DNA from: Basidiobolus meristosporus CBS 931.73
Taxonomy: Eukaryota > Fungi > Basidiobolomycota
Assembly: GCA_002104905.1 (NCBI GenBank)
Contig: MCFE01000444.1
Span: forward strand, 1 to 64,000
Direction: 5' to 3'
Length of the DNA: 64,000 bases
Shown here piece after piece: positions 52,201 through 62,682 of the stretch; positions within the stretch are counted from its first letter, which is position 1; each line of letters opens with the position of its first letter. The notes under the pieces were generated by a model. It did not search any database. It worked only from the letters and a program-made list of their open reading frames with translations, and was not told the origin of the DNA. The translations under genes were made by a program, and so were the position numbers.

Positions 52201-53000
52201 CATGGTATTCTGGAAGGTTCTGGATATCAATAGAAATCTTAATGACATCAGAATGACCTAAGAATGCTCCAAGTAGGTGCTGGCAGGTTCTAAGAGGCAC
52301 AGTACATCCATCCAATCAGGAATCAGGATTCTGAAACCTGTGTAACATAGGGATACCATGTATGGTATGGAAATGGTAGGGATAGTGACATGGGTTCACC
52401 ATGTGTCACGGGTACTGGCACAGGTACTTGCCTAATATAGAAGCACTTATAGCTAGTAATATTACATAAAGTGAGGGGTAACTTATGCAATAAGGTAAGC
52501 AGGTATGATAGTCTACCAGCTTATGGGATAGCACTGGTCAAGTAAGACAAATGGGATAAAACTAAAATAACTGTAGTAGAGATATAGGGAAGTAGAAAAT
52601 AAGGGAATGAGCACATCTGTTAGTGGGTGTCACTGTCACCCCACTACAGCGCAAAGAGGATGCTTATCCACAGAGCTGTTTCCACCAATTAAGAATCATA
52701 CCATTGAACATACACTGTGGGCACTAAGATCATATCCTATTCCCTCAAGATTACTGAACAATGTAATGGTAAGGCTAAAATCAAGATTTAAAAGTGAAGT
52801 CATTGAGTATAGCTATGGACCATATTGGAATCCCTGTTTTACACTCTTAAAGAAAAATGGAAGTCTAAGGTTTATTCAAGGCAAACAGCATTTGAGTAAG
52901 GTCACCATTAAAGATGCTAAGCAACTTCCTGTACCACATGAAAAATTGAGTCATTTACTGGATGTCCTCCAATTACATCATTAGATCTTCATTCAGGATA
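49300..53000 (+). mobile_element. Second Ty3/gypsy family (G2), degenerate gag-PR-RT
   Basis: gag-like GGNITEFLQEFSNI; protease VFDSGSGINTI...FEVLLGQPY; RT N-terminus FPPIKNHTIEH.LWALRSYPIP...GPYWNPCFTLLKKNGSLRF...LDLHSGY. Confidence 0.7.
51543..52648 (-). mobile_element. Family E solo LTR, copy 3, inserted between G2 protease and RT
   Basis: Reverse complement of 19322-20400. The G2 frame reads FDY...AQRG...FPP across the insert. Confidence 0.65.
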
Positions 53001-54036
53001 TTACCAATACTTCTGGGTCTAACTAACCTAACTCAGTGAGCATAAGGTGACAAGTGTGGCCAAATGCCATTCTAGAAGTGCCAAGTGGTCAGATATAGTG
53101 CTGATATGAAAAGTCTATCTTCAGTTGTTGCAACAACTCTATATACATGCTTTTTGTGCTAATTATCTCTAATTTTGAGACACTGGTCTGAAATATGACC
53201 TTTGCTTTTGCATTAATTGGAAAACAGGTTGCTGTGGCCTTTGAAGAGTCTTGAGTATATTTTTTGCTGGTTATCATTGCTTATTACAGCATTCACTCCT
53301 CTCTTCTTATTGGTACTTGATTTTCTTAATTCTTCATCCAGGAGCTTTCCATGTATGTAATTTATGGTCAACTCTTTAGTTTTGGACTCTAGGGCTAATA
53401 CAAGGCCCTAGATCTTCTTTTTCAGGCTATTCAGGATGGTAACTATCATATCCCCATTAGTGGTTGGTATGCCAATAGATTTCATCTTAGCAACTGACAC
53501 GGTATTTTGTTAATAGATTTTTCATTTCTTCTCCTGGTAGTATCTTAATAGTAAAGAGCTTTTGTCTAAATGTATCTTCTTAGTGCAAAATATGACTGGT
53601 AGGTATTTTCTAGAGCCCTTCAGTTATTCATTGCTGTTTTTGTTCTTGAGCATTGAATTAGCAATTTGTCTTTAGTATTATGGCAAATGCAGTTAAAGAC
53701 ACTTTGTTCTTTCTTCTAGTACTTCAATGCTTCCTGTTGCGCATTCTTAGGAGGGCATCCCTCTCCCAGGACAATTTCCCAAAGTCCTCTTTCCTGTAGC
53801 TAATGCTGCATCTTCACCTTCCACACTTGGTAGTTAGATCCATCCAACTTTTCAGCAGAGGGAAAATTCCAGTAATAGCAGTAGTAGACTTTGCAGAGAG
53901 TGACAGCTTGGAGCTCATAACCTGTTGTGAGAGTCTTGGAGATATTTAAAGTGATTTGGAGGACAAGTAGATTATGTGGTTTTCACTTAATGAATTATTG
54001 AATGTGAAAGTAGTATCTATACTTTTACATGATCTT

Positions 54037-57000
54037 TGTTGTAAAAGCTTGTATTTCCACCTAAATATTCACCTAACTTAGTCACTTAGATCATCACCTT
54101 CAAATCCTAGAGAATACTGACCATATTCCTTGTTGGGATTTACTTAGAATATTTTCACCAAAATATCAGGTACCCAGAACATGAGAATTCTCAAAGTTGT
54201 CCATACAGCCCCCAACTTTGTACACATGCTCTTGGGACCTTTCTTAGCCTACTCTATGTGCTTGTTATGCCAAGACCATGTAAAAGTATAATGACTACTT
54301 TTACATTCAATAAATCATTAAGTGAAAACCACATAATCTACTTGTCCACCCCAATCACTTCCAATATCTCCAAGACTCTTACAACAGGCTATGAACCCCA
54401 AGCTGTCACTCCCTGCAATGTCTACTACTGCTATTACTGGAATTTTTCCCTCTGCTGAAATGTTGGATGGATCTAACTACCAAGTGTGGAAGGTGAAGAT
54501 GAAGATGCTGCTACAAGAAAGAGGCCTTTGGGATATTGTCATGGGAGAAGAATGCCCTCCTAAAAATGTGGGAGAGGAAGCCTTAAAGTACCAGAAGAAA
54601 GAACAAAGTGCCTTTAACTGCATTTGCCTTGATGTTGAGGACAAATTGCTAATTCAATGCTCAAGAGCAAAAATGGCAAAGAATGCCTGGAAGGCATTAG
54701 AAGATCCCTACCAGTCATATTCAGTTGCCAAGAAAATGTATCTGAGACAAAAATACTTTAGCACAAAGATGCTGCCAGGAGAAGAAATGAAAATCTAATT
54801 ACCAGAATTACCCTGCTGGTAGATGAGATGGAATCTGTGGGCATACCAACTACTGATGGGGATGTGATAGTTACCATCCTGAATAGCCTAACAGACATGT
54901 TTCAGGGCCTTGTATTGGCCCTAGAGTCCAGAACTGAAGATTTGACCTTAAATTACCTATATGGAAGGCTCCTGGATGAAGAATTAAGAAAATCAAGCGC
55001 TAATAAGAAGGAAGAAGAAAATGCTTTAATAAGCAATGATAACCAACAAAGGAAGTACCCAAGACCCCACAAAGGCAACAGCAACCTATTTTGCAACTAC
55101 TGCAAAAGGAAAGGACACACATCAGACCATTACCTCAAACAGAACAATAATCAGCAAAAGAAGCCTGAATATAGAAATGCTGCTTTTCATGGGTGACAAT
55201 AGAACACTTGATGCAGTGGGAGAAGGAATTATCCAAGTAAACCTCAGAAGCAGTGAAGGAAGCCATATACTGACCTATAAGAAGTACTCTATGTACCAGA
55301 AATAGGCAAGAACCTACTCTCTGTATGCAAGGCCACAGCAGAAGGACTCAGTTTCAGCTTTGACAATTCAGGATGCAAGATCATTGATCAAAATGGTGCC
55401 CATATTGCTTTGGGTATCAGAAATCAGAACCTGTACAAGTTGACTTATATTGCATCATATTTGGAAGCCAATATAAGTAACTTAAATGAAGAAACACCAA
55501 TGCTTTGGCACAGGAGATTTGGCCACATCAATACTCATTATTTGCACAAAATGATCAAAGATCTGCTAATTTCTGGAGTGAAAACTGATCCCCCAGCTAA
55601 TTTGGAGCACTGTGAAGCCTGCATATATGGGAAACAAGCCTGACAACTATTCAAGAGCTCTGGGTTAATCAAAACTAAGAAAAAATTAGATCTAATTCAC
55701 TCAGATCTGTGTGGACCTATGCAAAATTATCCTTAGGCAGGATGAAGTATTTGATCACTTTTATTGATGATTATACAAGATACACATGGGTCTACCTCAT
55801 GGAGAGAAAGGAAGAAGCTCTGTCTAAGCTCAGAGAGTTTAAAGCCATGGTGGAGAGAGAAACTGGTGAAAAAATCAAGAAAAATATGCTTTGAAAATGG
55901 TGGAGAATATATCTCAAAACTCTTTATCCACTTCTGCAAAATTCATGGGATAAAGGAAGAGACTACCGTACCATACTCCCCACAGCAAAATGGAGTAGCA
56001 GAACATGCTAACAGATCAATAATTAATATGGCAAGATCTATGATCCATGATCAAAAATTACCCTATGATTTTTGGGTGGAATCAGTTGCCACTGCTGTAT
56101 ACCTAAAAATCAGAGTTATAACAGAATACTTTGTGATTCCACTACATATGAAGCATGGTATGGATACAGATCAAGTGCAGAACATCTAAGAATATTTGGG
56201 TGTATAGCATATGCCAAGAAACTGCCCGGAAATCAGTCAAAATTTGAGCCAAAAAGTGTAAAATGCATATTTTTGGGCTACTGCAATGAGAGTAAGGCAT
56301 ACAGACTCTGCAATACCAGAGCAAAGAAGCCGATCAAGTCCAGGGATGTGTTGTTTGATGAAAGTTCAAAATTTCACCAAAAATGACATCAGATGATGAC
56401 AAAAATTTGATCTCAAGTCCACCAATTGTCAAGATTGAATCAGAGCAAAACAATGAAAATTTCTCACTACAGAGGACTCTACAACTGTGGTTCAGCCAGA
56501 ATCAGTGCCCAGGAGTATACCAGAAGTGATCATTCCAGTATCAAATGCCTGGAGATCCAATTAGACAAGAAATAACCCAAATTACAATATCAATGAGGGT
56601 ACAAACTTAGCCTATGCCTATTCAGTCCATATTGATGAACCCCAGACTGTAAAAGAGGCCCTAAATAGGCCTCAGACAAAGCTTTGGAGACCTGCAATGA
56701 CTGAAGAATATCAGGCCCTGATGGAAATCAAACTTGGGACTTGGTCAAATTACTGATCAACCAAAAATCATTTGGATGCAGATGGGTCTTCAAGACAAAA
56801 TACAAGGCTGATGGTACAATTGAAAGATACAAAGCAAGACTTGTGGCCAAAGGATACTCTTGAACAAAAGGACTTGACTGCACTGAGACCTTTGCACCAG
56901 TAGCCAAGTTTAATTCCATCAGATTAATATTGGCTATTGTTATGAATAGACACAAGGCAGGAGGAAAAGCTAGGCACGGCTGGAAAGGACTTAGGTGTGG

Positions 57001-58079
57001 ACCATCAAGGCAAGGCAGGATTCAAGGCAAGGCTGTTTATTCAAGACCTGTGTTTATCAGACTGAGGAATACTCAAGGCTGGCAGTCTGATGTATATCAT
57101 GCTTGGAACACATCCAGATATCTCATATTCAGTGGAAGTTGTCAGCCAACATAATCAGAACTATGGATCTGATCATATTGCAGCAGTTAAGCGGATTTTT
57201 AAATACCTAAAAGGAACTGCTGATATCTGCTTAAGATACACTTATAAGGCTTCAGATCAGGATCTTGTGGGATACTCCGATGCTGATTGGGGACAAAATT
57301 TAGAAGACAGAAGATCCACCACAGGATACCCTTTCTTTACTGTCAAGGAGCAATATCATGGAATTCAAGAAAGCAACCAATGGTAGCACTTCCTACCACA
57401 GAGGCAGAGAACATGGCAGCCTGTGAAGCTACAAAAGAAGCAATGTGGCTAAGAAAACTTTTTACAGATTTAGGCCTATGTCAAAAAACACCTATTACTT
57501 TATTTCAACATAATCAAGGATGTATACAATTAGGTAGAAATCCAACCTTTCATGCTAGAACCAAGCACATAGATATTAGACATCATTTCATACATGAAGC
57601 TATAGAGAATAACTTAGTTAGCTTAGTTTACTGTCCTACAGATGAAATGATTGCAGACATATTTACCAAACCATTAGCTAGAGACAAGTTTGAATATCTT
57701 GGGTCAAAATTAGGACTAGTCAGTATGAACATTTAGCTGAGTGGGAGTGTTGTAAAAACTCGTATTTCCACCTAAATATTCACCTAATTTAGTCCCTTAG
57801 ATCATCACCTTCAAATCCTAGAGAATACTGACCAAATTCCTTGTCGGGATTTACTTAGAATATTTACCCAGAACATGAAAATTAGATAAGTTGTCCAAAT
57901 AGCCCCAAACTTTGCACACATGTTCTTGGGACCTTCCTTAACCTATTCTACGTGTTTTTTGTGCCAAGACCATGTAAAAGTATAAAGACTACTTTTACAT
58001 TCAATAAATCATTAAGTGAAAACCACATAATCTACTTGTCCTCCCAATCACTTCCAATATCTCCAAGACTCTTACAACA
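54037..58079 (+). mobile_element. Ty1/copia CopB, two LTRs, defective (4043 bp)
   Basis: LTRs 54037-54386 and 57748-58079 (TGTTG...CAACA; 18-bp indel and several substitutions); TSD ATCTT; PBS ggctatgaacccc; PPT gagtgggag. gag, PR, INT (QNGVAEHANR) and RNase H (ADIFTKPL) are present, but the RT core is deleted at ~56940-57080. Confidence 0.93.
56938..57078 (+). repeat. Orphan LTR-start-like fragment (family F), copy 2
   Basis: Begins TGTTATGAATAG, replaces the CopB RT core and aligns with 11801-11940. Confidence 0.55.
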
Positions 58080-60179
58080 ATCTTAGCATAAAAAACATGT
58101 AGAGTAGGCTTAGGAGGGTCCCAAGACCATGCGTGCAAGGTTTGGGGCTGTTTGAACAACTTTGAGAATTTTCGTGCTCTGGGTATCTGATATTTTGGTG
58201 AAAATAATCCAAGTAAATCCCGACAAGGAATTTGGTCAGTATTCACTAAGATTTGTAGGTAACGATCTAAGTGACTAGGTTAGGTGAAAATTTAGGTGGA
58301 ATTCGGAATTTTTACATTAATGTTAAGAACTATTATATCCGATTTTACTGATCACGTCACTCACCTTCTATCTCTGGGAGGGTAATGGATTGGGGCCAGA
58401 CCTTGGTATTGGAACGGGATTTAGGTTACGCTTTATGGGATGAGTGCCAAGCATTTGTTGGATGGTACCTAATTACCCACATATCGCAACTCTCCACTTG
58501 GCCAATCGATTTGCCGCCATGTGCAACCTTTTGAATACTCCCGAATTATGCAAACGCAGAGGACATATCGTTTCGAAGTCGACTGAGCATTTCCTAGCAC
58601 TTCACACATGTTCCCTGGCCTTCTTCAACACGCAAGCGCCGAAAGTATTGGCACCGCATTTCTACTCGATAGATCCACAAATGAATGCCGCTCTATTCTT
58701 TCCCAAGCATGTCGGAATCCTCTCCAGATCTCAGACATAGTTTGCAAGATATCCAACTGTACACCTACGCCATATACATCGTAAACAGTCACCAATGGGT
58801 TTGGATATATATTTTGGATGACTGTGGAGGGTGGTTCTCGGGTAGAGTGAAAGATGAGGGGTTCAAGGCGAGTTTAACCGGAACATCCAGTTCGGGCTAT
58901 GTAGAACGTTCGCCTACATGTTGAGACAAAGAGTTCATTGAATTATCACCACCATGCTAGTACCTTGCACGAACTCTCCATCCCAATGAGTAAGCACAAT
59001 ACTTGAATAAAGCCCAAGCGTTTTTCCAATGGCGGTCAACTACTGATGGACTCTTGGTCGGCATTGAAGAAAGATATCTACCAAGCAAGATAGAGATTGT
59101 TTGGCTCCTTCAATCCGGTATACCTTAGTCCAGACGCCTGGCATCGATGTTGACAAGGCCACGATTGAGGAGCATTATGGGTATGCTACTCGAGTGGTTG
59201 GAATGCTGCTTAATGAGTGTTGATCAGGCTACAGGGTTGGGGAATTAATGGGTCGCCAGTATTATGGGATATCTCCAGCCAACCATCGCCCACTGGGACC
59301 ATATTCCAAAACCCAATCCGAAAATCACAGTTTGTTCGAGGGTCATGGGATGGGTCGAACCATGTATAGTAATGCGAACATTTCTAGCGAACCCTGCCTC
59401 CATGGTGTTGCATCATGACTTCCTAAACCAGTTCACGACACGATCGCGTGAAACCGGCTGCTTATCTTCACAATAAGAAATCCGGCCATGGTAAATTTCC
59501 CTTCAGACTAAGCCAAATCACCATATCGCATGGTTGTACTGATGATAACCGAAATCCAGCTCCCCTAGCGCCAGAGGGATCCCGCCTTGGCACGAGTTTC
59601 CGATTACCTACATGTTAGCCATATTCTTCCCTGCCCCCACACCCGTCTAAACAACGCGTCGGAGCAGCCAGCCAGCTCCCTGACTTCTGTCCGATCGACT
59701 TGCCCGATTAACCCCCCAACTGGCAATCAGAGAACATGAGGTCCAAGTCACTGGCTTCTAATTGCTCGTCCACACTTGATGACCTGCTCTATAACGGTGC
59801 CAACGTTTTTCTCCACACAATGGCACCAGCCAAGTTTCACTGATGATAGCCAATCTGATCCACGCACTATTGGATCCCACAGGGCGTATCCAGAGTCTCC
59901 TGAAGATCAGGTCATGAGAACAACCGCAACTTTGGATTGCAACCGGATTCCCGCTACAGCGTCGGAATCGTCATGGATCCCGCTTCCCTGCATAACAGAA
60001 TGAGATTCGTTACTTGGTTTTTCATGTGATTAAGCTAATGGATCAGGATTCCAAGAGCGTCTGCTAATTGGGACTGGGATTCGTCCGCCTTGCCATATTC
60101 GGTAGGCGCAATCGATGACCAGCACAACACGTGAGTCCCGCCCTCAAATGGTCGCATTCGACAACAATGCCCTAATTGA

Positions 60180-61245
60180 TATCGATCGGCTGCTGGCAGG
60201 AGTGTTCGATAACAGGCTATTCCTAAATAAGCTTATCAACAGAATTAGGGTTAGGGAGTCGTGATTCTGGCGACCCCGTCCAGCTGGCCATCGGTCCCGG
60301 CGGGTGTGAAACAGATGGAATTCAGGAACCTTAATCGATGGGATCAGTACGGAGACGGATTGCTCAATCATTTCCTCCCTCGTTAGTGGTACTCTAATGA
60401 TGATGATGAGAGTTCGAGGAATCGGTTATCACCGGATCTCTATGCACATTGGCTTATCTTCGCGTACGTTGATAAGTACACATGATTCAATGAATGCGAA
60501 GCTACCTGAGCATGCGAGAGACTCCCTTCACTTTACCAGGAGGCTTGTTGGATAGGGCTCGCACCCCAGACAGGCCGCTTATTCTTACCTTCTATATGGC
60601 ACAGGGACTGGTACTGGCCTTGGCCGTCCAACGACGGAACCTCTGCTGTGAAGATGGTGGTTCGGTCAAATGAGCCGGTGTCCACGGGGGTATGGAAAGG
60701 ACCGGACCAACCTTGAAATATCTCGCTGTACGTATGGTTTCGCAATCATGGTGACCTAATCGAACAGCTTGTGGTTGATGGTTAGTGACCAGGATCCGGA
60801 TCACGTGCGAGGAGCCTTCAGTCAGCTTCGGAGAGCTGACCACATCGCAGGCTCAGAATCGGAAAAAACAGTCGCTTCCATGTTCCCGTTATCTGAAAGT
60901 CCGTTCCCTATCAGCGTTGAAACTCTACCCTTATTCGGCGAGGGTTTTCACGAACAGTCACACGAATTAAGCGACGGATACTTCACCTGGGCTGAATCGC
61001 GAGTCACATGAGGTCTCATCAGGGTAACGCTCCTCAATGAAGCCTACCAAATCCCGATCTACGCTGTCGCCTTAATCTCCTAACTTTCGGAACCCTTCTG
61101 GAGATAAGGTTTTGAGGTTCACAAGGACAATTCCCCCTCGTCTCCGTAGATAATCGTACGAATCTCTATTGGCCCACGCAGTTATGTTACGGGGACGACC
61201 GCATATCCCATGCGGCGTTGTAGCCGTGGATGCCTACTTATAAAA
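60180..61245 (+). promoter_or_regulatory. Ammonium-transporter promoter with clustered GATA sites and a TATA box
   Basis: GATAAG at 60471 and 61103, CTTATC at ~60232 and ~60453, GATAAT at 61149, TATAAAA at 61239-61245, ~60 nt before the ATG. Confidence 0.55.
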
Positions 61246-61305
61246 TCCCCCAAGAGGACAGGGCACAGCAATCAATAACATCATCGCATTCATTCACTGC
61301 ATCAA

Positions 61306-62682
61306 ATGAGCGCCCCTTCTGAGCCCATTCCTACATATTCCTCAGGAGACATCGCTTGGGTCATGGTCTCCACTAGTCTTATCTTTCTTATGATCCCGGG
61401 GGTGGGGTATTTTTACAGTGGACTGGCGCGCTCCAAAAATGCGCTTTCCCTGATCATGTTGAGCTGCTTGTCGGTGGCAGTGGTGGTGGTTCAATGGTTC
61501 ATCTGGGGATACTCCCTTTGCTTTGGGAAAAGCGGCAACCCGTTCATCGGAAACCTGGACCACGCCTTTCTTAGAGATGTCATGGATGGGCCAAGCATCG
61601 GCAGCCCCAAAATCCCTGATCTCGCCTTCATGATTTACCAGTGTATGTTTGCAGCCATCGCCCCTGCTCTAGCCGTCGGGGCCTCAGCTGAGCGGGCTCG
61701 TATTCTGCCCACCATAGTGTTCATCTTCATCTGGTCAACCCTTGTCTACGATCCCATAGTATACTGGACTTGGTCACCTGATGGTTGGTTGATGAAGTTG
61801 GGCAACCTCGATTTCGCGGGTGGGACCCCCATCGAAATCTGTTCCGGGGTTGCTGCCCTGGCGTACGCGGTCAAAGTTGGCAAAAGACAAGGACACGGCA
61901 CCGACGAATTCAAAGCTCACAACATGTCCAACGTTGTCCTGGGCACCGCTTTTCTTTGGTTTGGGTGGTTTGGCTTCAACGGTGGATCCGCTCTTACCGG
62001 ATCCATGAGGGCCGTCATGGCCATTGTAGTGACCAACATCTCAGCCTCGGCCGGAGCATTGTCATGGGTGATCATCGACTACTTTCGTACTGGACGCAAA
62101 TTTTCGGCCTTCGCATTCTGCTCTGGTGCGGTTGCTGGGCTGGTTGCCATCACACCCGCCTCAGGATTTGTGGGGCCAGCTCCCGCATTGTTGATTGGAG
62201 TGTGCGCCGGCACCGCCTGTAACTACGCCCGGCACCTGAACCACCTGTTCAATTTCGATGACGCCTTGGATGTGTTTGCCGTCCACGCTGTCGGAGGCAT
62301 TCTTGGCAACATCCTCACCGGAATCTTTGCCGAGCAGAGAATTGCCGCCTTGGATGGAACGGTTATTGCCGGCGGGTGGTTGAACGGCCACTTCATTCAG
62401 GTTGCCTACCAACTCGCCGCTAGTGCAGCAGGGTTTGCCTGGACATTCGTTGTCACCTACATCATTCTGTGGGTGATGGACAGGATCCCTGGATTGAGTC
62501 TTCGCACCGACGCTGAGAGTGAAAGACTCGGCCTGGATCTCACGGAGTTGGGGGAATCCGCGTACCATCACGTAGAATGCACCATAGCCAGCAATAACCC
62601 CAGTAAGGCCACGGTCACCGAGATCACCGTAGACTCCATCAACAGAGAAAAAGAAACCAACCTGCATTGGAACGCGTCGTAA
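61306..62682 (+). CDS. MEP/amt: Ammonium transporter, Mep/Amt family (intronless, 458 aa)
   Basis: Motifs: LMIPGVGYFYSGL, FMIYQCMFAAI, WSTLVYDPI..W.W..DGWL, DFAGGTP, FLWFGWFGFNGGS, GAVAGLVAITPASG, DDALDVFAVH and the C-terminal ExxGLDxxELGE. Confidence 0.97.
   Translation: MSAPSEPIPTYSSGDIAWVMVSTSLIFLMIPGVGYFYSGLARSKNALSLIMLSCLSVAVVVVQWFIWGYSLCFGKSGNPFIGNLDHAFLRDVMDGPSIGSPKIPDLAFMIYQCMFAAIAPALAVGASAERARILPTIVFIFIWSTLVYDPIVYWTWSPDGWLMKLGNLDFAGGTPIEICSGVAALAYAVKVGKRQGHGTDEFKAHNMSNVVLGTAFLWFGWFGFNGGSALTGSMRAVMAIVVTNISASAGALSWVIIDYFRTGRKFSAFAFCSGAVAGLVAITPASGFVGPAPALLIGVCAGTACNYARHLNHLFNFDDALDVFAVHAVGGILGNILTGIFAEQRIAALDGTVIAGGWLNGHFIQVAYQLAASAAGFAWTFVVTYIILWVMDRIPGLSLRTDAESERLGLDLTELGESAYHHVECTIASNNPSKATVTEITVDSINREKETNLHWNAS

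Larger units (their letters stand above)
11090..58319. other. ~47-kb gene-free, AT-rich, CpG-depleted nested LTR-retrotransposon block
   Basis: Every recognisable ORF is gag/pol-derived. CG dinucleotides are visibly almost absent, in contrast with both flanks. Confidence 0.9.
53100..58319 (-). mobile_element. CopB host (gag + PBS + 5' LTR), with the LTR split by an opposite-strand CopB
   Basis: PBS ggttatgagctcc at 53911-53922; LTR halves 53923-54036 and 58080-58319 join into one CopB LTR. Confidence 0.85.

Noticed and set aside
60245-60256. TTAGGGTTAGGG telomere-like repeat
   Set aside because: Only two units, expected by chance.
58444-61011. Short ORFs upstream of the transporter
   Set aside because: All under 100 aa, mostly with non-ATG starts, no domains and no consistent splice pattern.
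7562-62682. Functional nitrogen-sensing cluster of CASTOR and the ammonium transporter, once the TE block is removed
   Set aside because: Two genes with no shared pathway evidence in the sequence; it would need conserved synteny and co-regulation.
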